Shown here: piece after piece, positions 13,753-25,879 of the stretch
How the letters are laid out: each line of letters starts with the position of its first letter
Position numbering within the stretch: position 1 is the stretch's first letter
Assembly (NCBI GenBank): GCA_951406725.2
Contig: OX597818.1
Span: forward strand, 124,930,001-124,994,000
Length of the DNA: 64,000 nucleotides
Source: Octopus vulgaris
Taxonomy: Eukaryota
Direction: 5' to 3'
Position numbers and translations under genes: made by a program
Notes under the pieces: generated by a model
Told to the model about the DNA's origin: nothing
Databases searched by the model: none
The model's input: the letters and a program-made list of their open reading frames with translations, nothing else

Positions 13753-14199
13753 GTCTACGATCCGAACGGAAAAGATGAAATAACTACATGAGGCAAAATT
13801 AAATAAACAAGGTCAATAAACATAACAATGAATGGAATCAAAATGTGATGCTGAAATAATAATAACAAAGAAATATTTGAAATAAACAGGTAAACATGGA
13901 ATTGGAGAAACAGACACAAAGGCTTTGTGTCATATACAAAGATTGTACAGGCTGGTATATTGGTATACTTATTACATATAGTCACATATACATATATTAC
14001 ACGAAGCCTTTGTGTGACAGACCTATTCTTATATATATATATATACACACACACATTTATGTATATATTTTATGTACACACACACATTCATGTATATATT
14101 TATATACAGAAACATACATATATGCATCCATATATATGTATATACTAAGTCATATATTACAAAACCTTTGTAAAAATTACACTTTTATTGCAATTATAT

Positions 14200-14256
<57 letters not shown>

Positions 14257-14342
14257 CATAAAGCAATATTTGTATATTTTGCTGTAACGACCAGGTTATT
14301 CATTTTGGTGCAAGGAAGCAACAAAGACAAATACTGCCATAC

Positions 14343-14375
<33 letters not shown>

Positions 14376-14767
14376 CACACAAATATACTAATATTTACAT
14401 ACAAATACACAGGTGTGTGTATATTAATTTGTAAAACAAGGGCACTTTCTCATTAAGGGAGAGGAAAATCGTAGTCAATTATATTGTCCCCTCAGTATTC
14501 AGCTGGTACTTAACCATTTGCAAAATTTGAATTGTGTATGTTTGAGGGTATATATAGAGTCTATGTTAGTATGTTACGTAAAAATATAAGTAATAAATAT
14601 TCACGTACAGATATACATGTTTAGATACATTGTTGACGTTAATAAATAGTGTGTAAACATTTAATATACTAATACATATACAGAACCATGCACGTGTGTA
14701 CACATATATGCAATATACTAACATTGTATGTACGTGTGTGTAATTGCATGTATATTTCTTATACACA

Positions 14768-15005
14768 CATAATACACTAATAGTCACTTACAAATATTGA
14801 ATATATATATACATATATACACACACAATATACTAATAGTCATTTACAAATATTGAATATATATATACATATATACATACACAATATACTAATAGTCACA
14901 AATATTGAATATATATATACATATATACATACACAATATACTAATAGTCACAAATATTGAATATATATATACATATATACACACAATATACTAATAGTCA
15001 CAAAT

Positions 15006-15051
<46 letters not shown>

Positions 15052-15378
15052 TACACACAATATACTAATAGTCATTTACAAATATTGAATATATATATAC
15101 ATATATACACACACAATATACCAATATATATCTATAAATATTCGATATTTATATATATATATACATATATACACACACAATATACCAATATCTATCTATA
15201 AATATTCGATATATATATATATGTAGATATATATACACTAATATATATATATATGTAGATATATATACACTAATATATATATATATGTAGATATATATAC
15301 ACTAATATATATATGTATGTAGATATATATACACTAATATATATATGTAGATATATATACACTAATATATATATATGT

Positions 15379-15440
<62 letters not shown>

Positions 15441-15450
15441 TAATATTTAT
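14768..15450. repeat. AT-rich minisatellites (~55-bp units, then ~32-bp units)
   Basis: Repeated acaatatactaatagtca...caaatattgaatat, then gtagatatatatacactaat units. Confidence 0.85.
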
Positions 15451-15624
15451 ATACAAATATTCAATTTATATGTACATATATACAAACACCACACAGATAT
15501 AGCACAAAGGGTATTCGTAAAAAAAACATTTAATTGAATAATAAAAGTGAACTAGTTGTCAGAATCCACTCACCCAAAATATAACGTTGAAACCAAATAC
15601 CAAGTATTTTATGCAACAGCTCAC

Positions 15625-15666
15625 TTCAGACCTGTCCCTCCGTGGCCGAGGTTTCCTTGGCATCAT
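15625..15666 (-). CDS. Possible first coding exon of an unidentified minus-strand gene (MMPRKPRPRRDRSE)
   Basis: caATGATG start, 14 GC-rich codons, then a GTGAGC donor-like site, in unique TE-poor sequence. No homology recognised. Confidence 0.25.
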
Positions 15667-15949
15667 TGCTGAAAATATGCCGATAACATCTACACCTGTT
15701 TCGCGTATATCCACCGGGAAGAAACATGTATCTTACAATCATCGCACCATTTTCTTCCCAACCTTCATACAAAGCAAAAGACAACACACACAAGAACTCA
15801 AAAAGCTCTCTCTCTCTCTCTCGGTAAAAAAAGCTACACAGCAACAACAACGGCAGCCAGTAACAATAACAGAACCGATAACAAGCAACGTTGGACTCAA
15901 TGTGCCACTGAAGTTTGACTTCCCTTACTTTCCACCTCCTCCTCCTTTG

Positions 15950-16885
15950 TTTCACTTTCTCTCACTCTCTCTCTCTCTAGCAATTCCCTTCTCTTGCCTT
16001 CACCTCCTCCTTTCTCTCACTCTATATATCTTTGTGTCTTTCTATCTCTCTATCACTTTTGCTTTCTATCTCACTTTCTCTCTCTCTCTCTAGCAATTCC
16101 TTTCTCTTGCTTTCACCTCCTCCTTTCTCTCACTCTATCTATCTTTGTGTCTTTCTATCTCTCTATCACTTTTGCTTTCTATCTCACTTTCTCTCTCTCT
16201 CTCTCTCTAGCAATTCCTTTCTCTTGCCTTCACCTCCTCCTTTGTCTCACTCTATCTATCTTTGTGTCTTTCTATCTCTCTATCACTTTTGCTTTCTATC
16301 TCACTTTCTCTCTCTCTCTCTCTCTCTCTAGCAATTCCTTTCTCTTACCTCCACCTCCTCCTTTGTCTCACTCTATCTATCTTTGTGTCTTTCTATCTCT
16401 CTATCACTTTTGCTTTCTATCTCACTTTCTCTCTCTCTCTCTAGCAATTCCTTTCTCTTACCTCCACCTCCTCCTTTGTCTCACTCTATCTATCTTTGTG
16501 TCTTTCTATCTCTCTATCACTTTTGCTTTCTATCTCACTTTCTCTCTCTCTCTCTAGCAATTCCTTTCTCTTGCTTTCACCTCCTCCTTTCTCTCACTCT
16601 ATCTATCTTTGTGTCTTTCTATCTCTCTATCACTTTTGCTTTCTATCTCACTTTCTCTCTCTCTCTCTCTCTAGCAATTCCTTTCTCTTACCTTCACCTC
16701 CTCCTTTCTCTCACTCTATCTATCTTTGTGTCTTTCTATCTCTCTATCACTTTTGCTTTCTATCTCACTTTTTCTCTCTCTCTCTCTCTCTCTCTAGCAA
16801 TTCCTTTCTCTCACTCTATCTATCTTTGTGTCTTTCTATCTCTCTATCACTTTTGCTTTCTATCTCATTTTTCTCTCTCTCTCTC
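15950..16885. repeat. Polypyrimidine minisatellite, ~8 units of ~115 bp with variable (CT)n
   Basis: Repeated ctagcaattcctttctc...tcacttttgctttctatctcactttctctc. Confidence 0.9.
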
Positions 16886-18735
16886 CCTACTACATTTTCT
16901 TACTCTTTCACTCATTTTCCTTTGTCTTTGTCTTCTCTGTTTCTATCACTCTTCTCTCTCACTGTTTTTATTTCTCTGATACTCCTTGTTGCTTTTTTTC
17001 TTCTTCTCTTTTCATCATTTACCCTTTCTCTTTCTCTTGCTTTTTGTTACTCTTTGACACTTCCCTCTGTTGTTTTCATATTGGTGAAATCGATTTTTTT
17101 TTTATCTAAAATATATTATTTCTTTTTTTCTTTTAATTCTATATAAAAAAAAATATTTCTATTTCAAAATGAAATAAATCAAAATTGAATTAGTAAACCC
17201 GAAGCGAATTTTAAACAATATTAAACAAAGGATTAGAAACTGGTGTTAATCATCAAAACATAAGAACGAGAGTATATTGAAATTTTCAGTTCATTGTCCT
17301 CTTTCTTTGTCTCACTCACACTTTCTCTCCTACTCACTCTCTTTTTCATTTACAGTTTCTCTTCTCACTCTCTTTCATTTATGCTTTCTCTTCTCACTCT
17401 CTCTTTCATTTACGCTTTCTCTTCTCTTCTCACTCTCTCTTTCATTTACGCTTTCTCTTCTCACTCTCTCTTTCATGTATGCTTTCTCCCCCAAGATACT
17501 CATAATCTCTATATCCCTTGCATCCTGTATAAGTGTCGTCAATAAATGTTAACATCTATAAAGTTTATATTATTTGTTTATGCTGCATTCATTTAAATTG
17601 ATGAAATAGCAGTTGATGTCGTGTTTAAAATGCTATCTATCAACAAGTCTTTGTCGAATACATCTTCTTCGTGCATCTGTTGCTGCTGAAGAACGTGGCT
17701 GACAAATGGGGGGGAAAAAACGCCATATTGAAACGAGAAGCTGTTAAAACAGGCTGACTGCGCGAATATCCTTGTTTATATTAAAGTTATAAATGAAACT
17801 GGAGATATTTTAAAGTTATTTTTCGGTTAGAGTACTTCGCAAAACATTTCTGTATAATATAAAGCTTGTAACATTCATTCTTTTTCAATGGTAACGAGAT
17901 TATATCAGACAAATGTAAACAACACCACGTGCACAGATGATACTCTTGACAACAAAGAAGGAAGAAATTTTATTGTTGATACTAATTTAAAATTCTTTCT
18001 TCATCTTAATATTTTGATACCATCCTATAAAAACTAATGTTAATTTCTACGATTCTTATTCAACACAATAAGCTTCGTCGTTTTCTTTTCAAAATATCGT
18101 CTGCCTTCATGTAATAGACAAAGCAAGTATTCATTTTTCTCGTTTTCTCTAAAATTTAGCAGCTGTCAATCTAAAATACAAAATCTCTCACATAAAAATT
18201 AAATTAATTTCCTTCGAAACAACATATGAAGTTTGAAAGATTTTTGAATTTGTGCAGAACAACATTTAGTTTGAAATAAAGGCTACTTCGAGAGTAGCAG
18301 TTGATGTCATTTTCGAAATTTACATTGAATGACGATTCCATTCTAAGGGAGATAATTTTTACAAAACTATGGAAAAACATTTTTAACGTCTTTTTTACGG
18401 GTGATTTAATTGGGAACCGTTGAACTAATATCTCCGCAATTCAATCCATATTAATATAGGTATTAAGAAAAAAAAACGGGATCTTTTCCTTTTGAACGGC
18501 ACATGTCAACACAATTTCTAGTTAACTAAACACTTTTAAACTTCGTATACTGGTAGAATGTGTCAAAATAAAACATTTTTTTTTTCTCTTGGCTTTCTTG
18601 AGAAAATTGTAATTCGTTTGTTTAACGTAGTGTAGTTAAAAATGATCTTTATGCATTTGTGTACATTTAAACTAATTAAATATTATTTTACAGAATAATA
18701 GAATTAAAATTTCTTTGATTAAAACCCTTTCTAAC

Positions 18736-19826
18736 ATGGAAGTATCCAAAGAGCATTTTAAGCATATAATGCTTTATGAATACAAAAAAGGAAACTCTGC
18801 AGTCAAAGCGACTCGAAACACACTCAGTTTATGGGAAAGAATGCTTGAATGACAGAACTTGCAGAAGATGGTTTGCAAAATTCAGAAGTGGAGATTTCAG
18901 ACTTGAAGATGAAGATCAAACAGGACATCCATTTGAGTTTGATGATAAACTCCTTGAGGCATTACTTGAAGAAAACCCTTCATTATCAATTGAAGTATTG
19001 GCAATAAAGCTTAGTTCAAACCATACAACTGTTCATCGTCATCTCAACAACTTGGAAAGGTTCCTAAACTTGGAAAATGGGTGCCTCATGAATTGTCCAA
19101 AAGCTAGCACAAATCCCGAGTTGACATCTGCTCTTCTCTCCATTCTTGCGAACTCATTTCACCCTTTTTGGATAGACTTGTGACTGGTGACGAAAAATGG
19201 ATCTTCTATCAAAATGTTAAACGTCGTAAACAGTGGCTTGGTAAAAGGGAAAAAGCTCAACCACAACCGAGAAGGGAACTTCATGGAAAAAAGGTTCTTT
19301 TCTCTATCTGGTGGGATTGCCAAAGAGTAATTCACTTTGAATTGTTACCACCTAATGCTCAAGTCTACTGTCAGCAATTAGAGCATTTGAACGAAGCTTT
19401 GAAGAAAAAAAGACCCGCTTTAGTGAATTGAAAAGGAATGATGTTTCATCAGGACAATGTGTGACCCTACACTGCAAAGATCACATCACAGGAGATCGAA
19501 GAGCTTGGTTGGGAAAAGATTTCTTCATCCACCTTATTCTCCCAACCTTGCTTCTTCAGAGTACCATTTGTTTCATAGTTTACAGAATCATTTGGGGGAC
19601 ATAACTTTCGCAAGCCAGGAGGAGGTAGAAACTGATATTTCAAAGTTCTTCACTTTGAAACCAAAAGAGTTTTACATTGATAGGATTAAAAAGCTTGTAA
19701 ATAGATGGAAGGAAGTCATAAATAATCAGGGAAAGTACATTGATGATTAAATTTCAATTAAATATAACATTTGATCACTTGTTTTCTTTATTCAAAATTC
19801 GGACAGAACTTATGGGATGACCTGAT
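18736..19826 (+). pseudogene. Mariner (DD34D) transposase pseudogene with right TIR
   Basis: Frameshifted pieces carry WVPHEL, TGDEKW, HQDN and HPPYSPNLASSEYHLF. TIR-like cggacagaacttatgggatgacctg+ta at ~19800-19827. Left TIR not seen. Confidence 0.9.
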
Positions 19827-20139
19827 ACTTGGTCAAAATTAAAGAAAATATTGTTTTGTAGAATAAATTGAGGGTCTTCAATAATAAATTGTCTTTGCAT
19901 GTGAATTATGTTAGTTTAGTAGGGACTGTCTTATTGAAAAAGTGTGTAGGAATTAACACAGTTGATATAGTGAGCTACTTCAAGTTTCATGCTTGAATAG
20001 TGCAGTAATCATGTTAGCATGCTCCACTTGATGTGCAACACTAATGTGCAAGTGCAAATTAGGCATAAGAGAAATCAGATGTAACACACAAGAGAAAAGA
20101 GTACACTGGTTTGGTGATATGATGTGGATGGAACTTGTG

Positions 20140-20400
20140 TGGAGGCACATGGCCTAGTAGTTAGAGAAGTGGACTTGCAGTCGAAGGATCGCGGGTTCGA
20201 ATCTCAGACCAGGCGATGTGTGTGTTTATGAGCGAAACACCTAAACTCCATGCGGCTTCAGCAGAAGGTAATGGCGAGCTTCTGCTGACTCTTTCTCCAC
20301 AACTTTCTCTCACCTGCGATGGACCAGCGTCCCATCCAGGTGGGGATTTTTATGCCAAGGAAACCGGCCCTTATGAGCCAGGCATCGGTCAAGAAGAAAC
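20140..20400 (+). mobile_element. tRNA-derived SINE
   Basis: Head ggcctagtagttag...gggttcgaatc (A/B boxes). A related head fragment is at 28640-28705 (-). Confidence 0.6.
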
Positions 20401-21689
20401 AGGATGGAACTTGTGGAAGTGGGAGAATCAGGAAGACATGAGAATGAAGTAGTGAAGGTTGGTCTCAAGATGCCAAGCCTCATGAAGGAGATGACAGAGG
20501 ACCAAAGTGATTAGTGATTCACTGTGCTTGAGGAGACAGGTTTTGGCATAAAAGCATTTTGTTTATCTCTGTACATGCTGGGTCCTGCCTCTGTAAGTAT
20601 TCTACCCTGTCAAACATTCTCAACATCACATCCTTCTAACATCCATCCCACACTTACTCTTCTAACTATGGCACGTCTTCCCTGCTGTAATCTCTTGAGA
20701 TCAGAATCGACACATTTTCACCCCACTCTTTTTTAACTACTATTTCCTCCTTCCTCACAGAACTCCTTCTTAACATCTGTCCCTCATTCACATCATCATT
20801 CTTTCCCACATGATTTTTCACTGATCACCCCTTTTCTTTGCTTTCAGTTATCTCTCCCACTTCTCTGGCCTACATATTAGGCCTATCATACCTTGTCCTT
20901 AACATCTCTTGTATTTGTTCTCATATCTGCCAGAGGTGTCCCCTCCCAACATTATCATCCCATTCACAACAGCCACCTTATGAACCTCTGAACTCTGTGT
21001 CTCTGTTATTGTACATCACCTTATACATCATCCCTTTACTTTATCATCTATCTTCTTTCCTGAACCATTTCTAACTCTCTCACCACACCTTACCCCCAAC
21101 TCCATACTGATCTTCCCCTCAACCACACCTCCATCCTAGTTCATTACTAACTACATTCACCTCTATTCCCATCTCTAACCAGTTGTTGCCCTTCTCTGGT
21201 ACTCCTATTAAGTAACCTCACTTCACCACCAATCCACTGTTTGTATTCTCTCTTATACACCTTTTTGTATCTGGAGATGCTCTGGCATCTTGTCTAGCTT
21301 TCCAGCTGCTCTCACCCACCATCATAAAGTTAAACTTCCAACCATTGCCAGCCTCCCCTGGCACCTGTGCTGGTGGCACGTAAAAAGTACCCACTACACT
21401 GATGGAGTGGTTGGCGTTAGGAAGGGCATCCAGCTGTAGAAACACTGCCAGATCAGACTGGATCTGGCAGCCTCCTGGTGCAGCCTCCTGGCTTCCCAGA
21501 CCCCGGTCGAACCGTCCAACCCGTGCTAGCACGGAAAACAGACGTTAAACGATGATGATGATGATGTTATATTATATGGAATATACATATGGCTTATGGC
21601 AATATCACTTTGGAAGCAGCAGTTCTCATCTGATCAAAGTTAAACAATACCAAGCCTTGTTAATTTTTTGGCTCAAAAAGCAAAAAGCA

Positions 21690-22122
21690 AGGCCATGTAG
21701 GGGGACATGGAGTTATGTACAGGGAGGGTGTTCATGCAAAGAGTTCAGGCCATTTCTGGTCAAGAGAGGCTTTGAACCGAGCGGTTGTCGGCATCTTCAC
21801 TATCTCGTCCGGCAGCTTATTCCACGGATCCGCAACCCGGACAGAGAAAGCCACTCTCCTTCGATTGGGATGAAATCGTCGCAGATAGAGCTTTTCGGAG
21901 TGACCCCGCAGCCTACGCTCTGGGGCGGGAGTGAAGAACAGCTCTTTCGAGAGGTTACACTTTCTGCTTATGATGTTGTGAGCAAGAATGAGATCACCAC
22001 GGCGGCAGCGTTTTTCCAGAGAATAAAGGTCGAGCGCCTTCAGCCTTTCTTCATAAGACAAATGCTTAAGACCAAGAACCATGCGGGTAGCCAGCTTCTG
22101 GACACTTTCGGGGTAGCCATGT
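21690..22122 (-). mobile_element. CR1-clade LINE 3' end
   Basis: ESVQKLATRMVLGLKHLSYEERLKALDLYSLEKRCRRGDLI...RGHSEKL...FSVRVADPWNKLP, the typical CR1 ORF2 C-terminus. Confidence 0.85.
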
Positions 22123-22499
22123 ATTGCCTCAATAACAAGATGTTTATACATATTCCTCTGTTGTACTTAAGCCTCTCATCACCTTGTCCCTCTTTCTCAA
22201 ATACCTCACTCAATTGAATGGGCTTTTTCCTTCTCTTGTCCTGCAAGTTACTTGGTGACCTCACTAGTGCTATTGGTACAAAAAGAGCATCCACTACACA
22301 CTGTAAAGACTTTGGTGTTAGGAAGGGCAACCAGTGGTTGAAACCATGTTAAAGCTGACAAAAAAGTTTGACATAGTCCTGCAGCTTGTTGGATTCTTTC
22401 AAACTCTCCTACCCATACCAGCATGGAAACTGGACATTAAATGATGAGTATGGTAGTGATGATGACAATAACGATGATGATGATGATATATATTGCCGG

Positions 22500-22893
22500 T
22501 GGCACATGACCTGCTGTGCATGAGGAGACCTATTGAGTCAAGTACATCCACATTAAAATTGTAGTTGTGATACCTGTGCCGGTGGCACATAAAAAGCACC
22601 ATCCGAATGTGGCTGATGCAAGCGCCACCTTGATTGGCTTCTGTGCCCGTGGCACGTAAAAAGTACCAACCGATCGTGGCCATTGCCAGCCTCCGCTGGC
22701 ACCTGTGCTGGTGGCATGTAAAAAGCACCCACTACACTCATGGAGTGGTTGGCGTTAGGAAGGGCATCCAGCTGTAGAAACACTGCCAGATCAGACTGGA
22801 GCCTGGTGCAGCCTCCTGGCTTCCCAGACCCCGGTCGAACTGTCCAACCCGTGCTAGCACGGAAAACGGATGTTAAACGATGATGATGATGAT
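22500..22893 (+). mobile_element. RTE LINE 3' UTR with (GAT)n tail
   Basis: Same family as 3311-3710. Its 3' part plus flank is duplicated at 21340-21664. Confidence 0.8.
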
Positions 22894-22919
22894 GTTATAT
22901 TATATGGAATATACATTTG

Positions 22920-23036
22920 GCTTATGGCCATATCACCTTGGAAGCAGCAGTTCTCATCTGATCAAAGTTAAACAATACCAAGCCTTGTTAATACTTAAAT
23001 GCATGACTGCTTGGGAAACTTAGGTGCTGTAAACAT
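22920..23036 (+). pseudogene. 5S rRNA pseudogene (near full length)
   Basis: gcttatggccatatcaccttggaagcagcagttctcatctgatc-aaagttaaac...gttaatactt...gactgcttgggaa...ggtgctgtaaacat aligns colinearly with animal 5S rRNA, with many CpG-type transitions. A truncated duplicate is at 21592-21664. Confidence 0.8.
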
Positions 23037-23314
23037 CTAACTTTTAGACACAGGCATGGCTGTGTGGTAAGAAGTTTGTTCCCCAACCACATGGGTCTGG
23101 GTTCAGTCCCACTGCATGGCACTTTGGGCAAGTGTCTTTTATTTTACCCCAGTTTGATCGAAGCCTTGTGAGTGGATTTAGGTGACAGAAATTGAAAGGA
23201 GCCCATCATATGTGTGTGTGTGTGTGTGTATTTATATATGAGTAGGTGGACAAATAATATATATATAATAATCAATGAATGAAGTGAAAGATGGATTTGG
23301 CATTAGTCTTTATT

Positions 23315-23420
23315 CAGTGCGACGATTGTTTTGACCCCTCCTGTGACTGTCCATGGGTGGGATATTGTGCATCCATCTCTGTGGAATTGATCAGTGTAGT
23401 CTGGGTCTCATTAGGTGCAT
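23315..23420 (-). ncRNA. Decayed minimal type I hammerhead ribozyme
   Basis: Minus strand: CTaATGA gaccc-(long loop)-gggtc aAAA caatcg TC. Two core substitutions; stem I is poor. Confidence 0.45.
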
Positions 23421-23835
23421 GCATACTTAATGTGGTGTCCTGCTAAATATGTTGAGTTCACACTCCAAGGCAGTGCCCCAGCATGGTCACAATCTAATAA
23501 TTATACAAAAAAATGACACATCTCATAAATTACAGCTGTTTCCGCTTTATTAATAAAACACTGGAGCAACATTGTTATTGATATAGGTAATATAAACCAG
23601 TAAAAATACCAACCACTCCAAGAGTGTAATAGATACTTTTTATGAGCCACTGGCACAGGTGAAATTTACATGACACTGAAAACCGCCATGACTACAGTTT
23701 CATTTGGTTTGACAAGTTTTCTTGAGCACAGCATATTACCAAGGTCTTGGTCACTAGTCATCACCTCCGTGAGACCCACCATTCAAAGATCATGCTACCG
23801 GCAACAACCACAATTATGATTTCATGGGTGCCTTA

Positions 23836-23951
<116 letters not shown>

Positions 23952-23954
23952 ATA

Positions 23955-24065
23955 TAAAATTAAAATTAAAATGAGGGTGAAAAATTGGATATTAATTTGA
24001 TAACATCAATTTAACACCAGTGGTCTAGCATATTAAAAAACTGTAGGTTCAGTAAATTGTATTAT

Positions 24066-24096
<31 letters not shown>

Positions 24097-24362
24097 AAAT
24101 TAAAATTAAAATGAGGGTGAAAAATTGGATATTAATTTGATAACATCAATTTAACACCAGTGGTCTAGCATATTAAAAAACTGAAGGTTCAGTAAATTGT
24201 ATTATATACATATGAGAGGGATGACCACTATGTGGACAACCCTAATGCTGGTGTTTGCTAAATTTTCTAGAGAACATTTCTTAGTGGTAAGACCATAGCG
24301 GATCTACTTCTAGCATTAGGGTTGTCTACATAGTGGTCATCCCTCTCATATGTATGTAATAT
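23955..24362. mobile_element. TA-flanked fold-back element with tandemly duplicated end
   Basis: 23955-24070 is repeated at 24094-24210. Inverted arms 24200-24250 / 24310-24360. Homologous to 62232-62392. Confidence 0.65.
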
Positions 24363-24699
24363 ATATATATATCATTTGTAGAAATACATAAATCCAGAGG
24401 AAAAGCACACTCAGTTAATGTTATAGTGGGGTATAAGGCTGAAGGGAGACAATCATTTACCTTTGTGGTGCTTTGGTGACTGCAAGATGGCAGTGCAGCC
24501 GAAGATCAATGGACAGTGGTAAAGGGAGATAATCACCCAGCGCTTTACCCTTAAAAACAAGGCTATTCCTCCATATTTTAAAGCGGTCTCAGGCTAGCAG
24601 TGTTTGGGGTCTGGAGATATGTTGGAAAGCTAAACCCCTTATGAATAAGAAATACCCAGGATAACCCCATAAACCAGCCTACCCTACGATAAACTATAT

Positions 24700-25093
24700 A
24701 TAGGCGCAGGAGTGGCTGTGTGGTAAGTAGCTTGCTAACCAACCACATGGTTGCTGGTTCAGTCCCACTGTGTGGCATCTTGGGCAAGTGTCCTCAGCTA
24801 TAGCCCCGGGCCGACCAATGCTTTGTGAGTGGATTTGGTAGACGGAAACTGAAAGAAGCCTGTCGTATATATGTATATATATATATATATATGTGTGTGT
24901 CTGTGTTTGTCTCCCTAGCATTGCTTGGCAACCGATTCTGGTGTGTTCACGTCCCCGTCACTTAGCGGTTCGGCAAAAGAGACCGATAGAATAAGTACTG
25001 GGCTTCCAAAGAATAAGTCCCGGGGTCGATTTGCTCGACTAAAGGCGGTGCTCCAGCTTGGCCGCAGTCAAATGACTGAAACAAGTAAAAGAG
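24700..25093 (+). mobile_element. CORE-type SINE (family A)
   Basis: Full-length match to 2436-2850. Confidence 0.85.
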
Positions 25094-25773
25094 TATATAT
25101 ATATCTATTTATGCATCATCATCATTGTCATCCATATTCCATGCTACCATGGAGTGAATGGTTCAACAGGATCTGACAAGCTAGAAGACTATGGTTGAGC
25201 TCTAATGACTGCTTTAGTATTGTTTCTATGGCTGCATGCCCTTCATTGTCATTATTTCACTGATCATTCTCTCTCTCTCTTTCTAAGTGTGAGTAGTTAT
25301 GCAGTTCCCTTACAAGAACCTGTTCTTTCCTCATGCTCTTTCTCTCATACTCCAATCCCCTCATCCCCTTGCGCAAAGCCAGTACCTTGTCTCATTGCAA
25401 GCTGCATGGTGACCGCAGTAGGGTAGTACCTGTGGCACGAAAACAAAGTACTCAGTACATGCTGTATCGTGTTTGGCATTAGGAAGGGTATTCAGTCACA
25501 GAAACCATGCCAAAGCAGACATTGGAGCACATTGTAGTCCCTGAGCCCACTGGATCCGACCAAACTATTTAACCCATGCCAGTATGGAACAGGGACAGTA
25601 AATGATGATGACGATGATGATATACGATGAGATTCTTTCCTCTCACAAGGCTTTGGTCCGTCCAGAGCTATTGTAGAAGATGCTTGCATAATGTGCTCTG
25701 TAGTGAGACTGAACTTGAAACCATATGGTTGGAAGTTTAACTTCTTAACCACACAACCATGCCTGTATGTGTG

Positions 25774-25833
<60 letters not shown>

Positions 25834-25879
25834 TGTGTAAACAGAGATGTGTTTATGTATGTTGCATACAAGAGGTAAT

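Noticed and set aside
13312-14391. Long HT/YI/CV-repeat ORFs (also many elsewhere)
   Set aside because: Translations of dinucleotide microsatellites.
15994-17146. Hydrophobic repeat ORFs up to 216 aa
   Set aside because: Read-through of the CT-rich minisatellite, with no domain signal.
21552-22217. 221-aa plus-strand ORF
   Set aside because: Antisense shadow of the CR1 fragment, starting in a (GAT)n tail.
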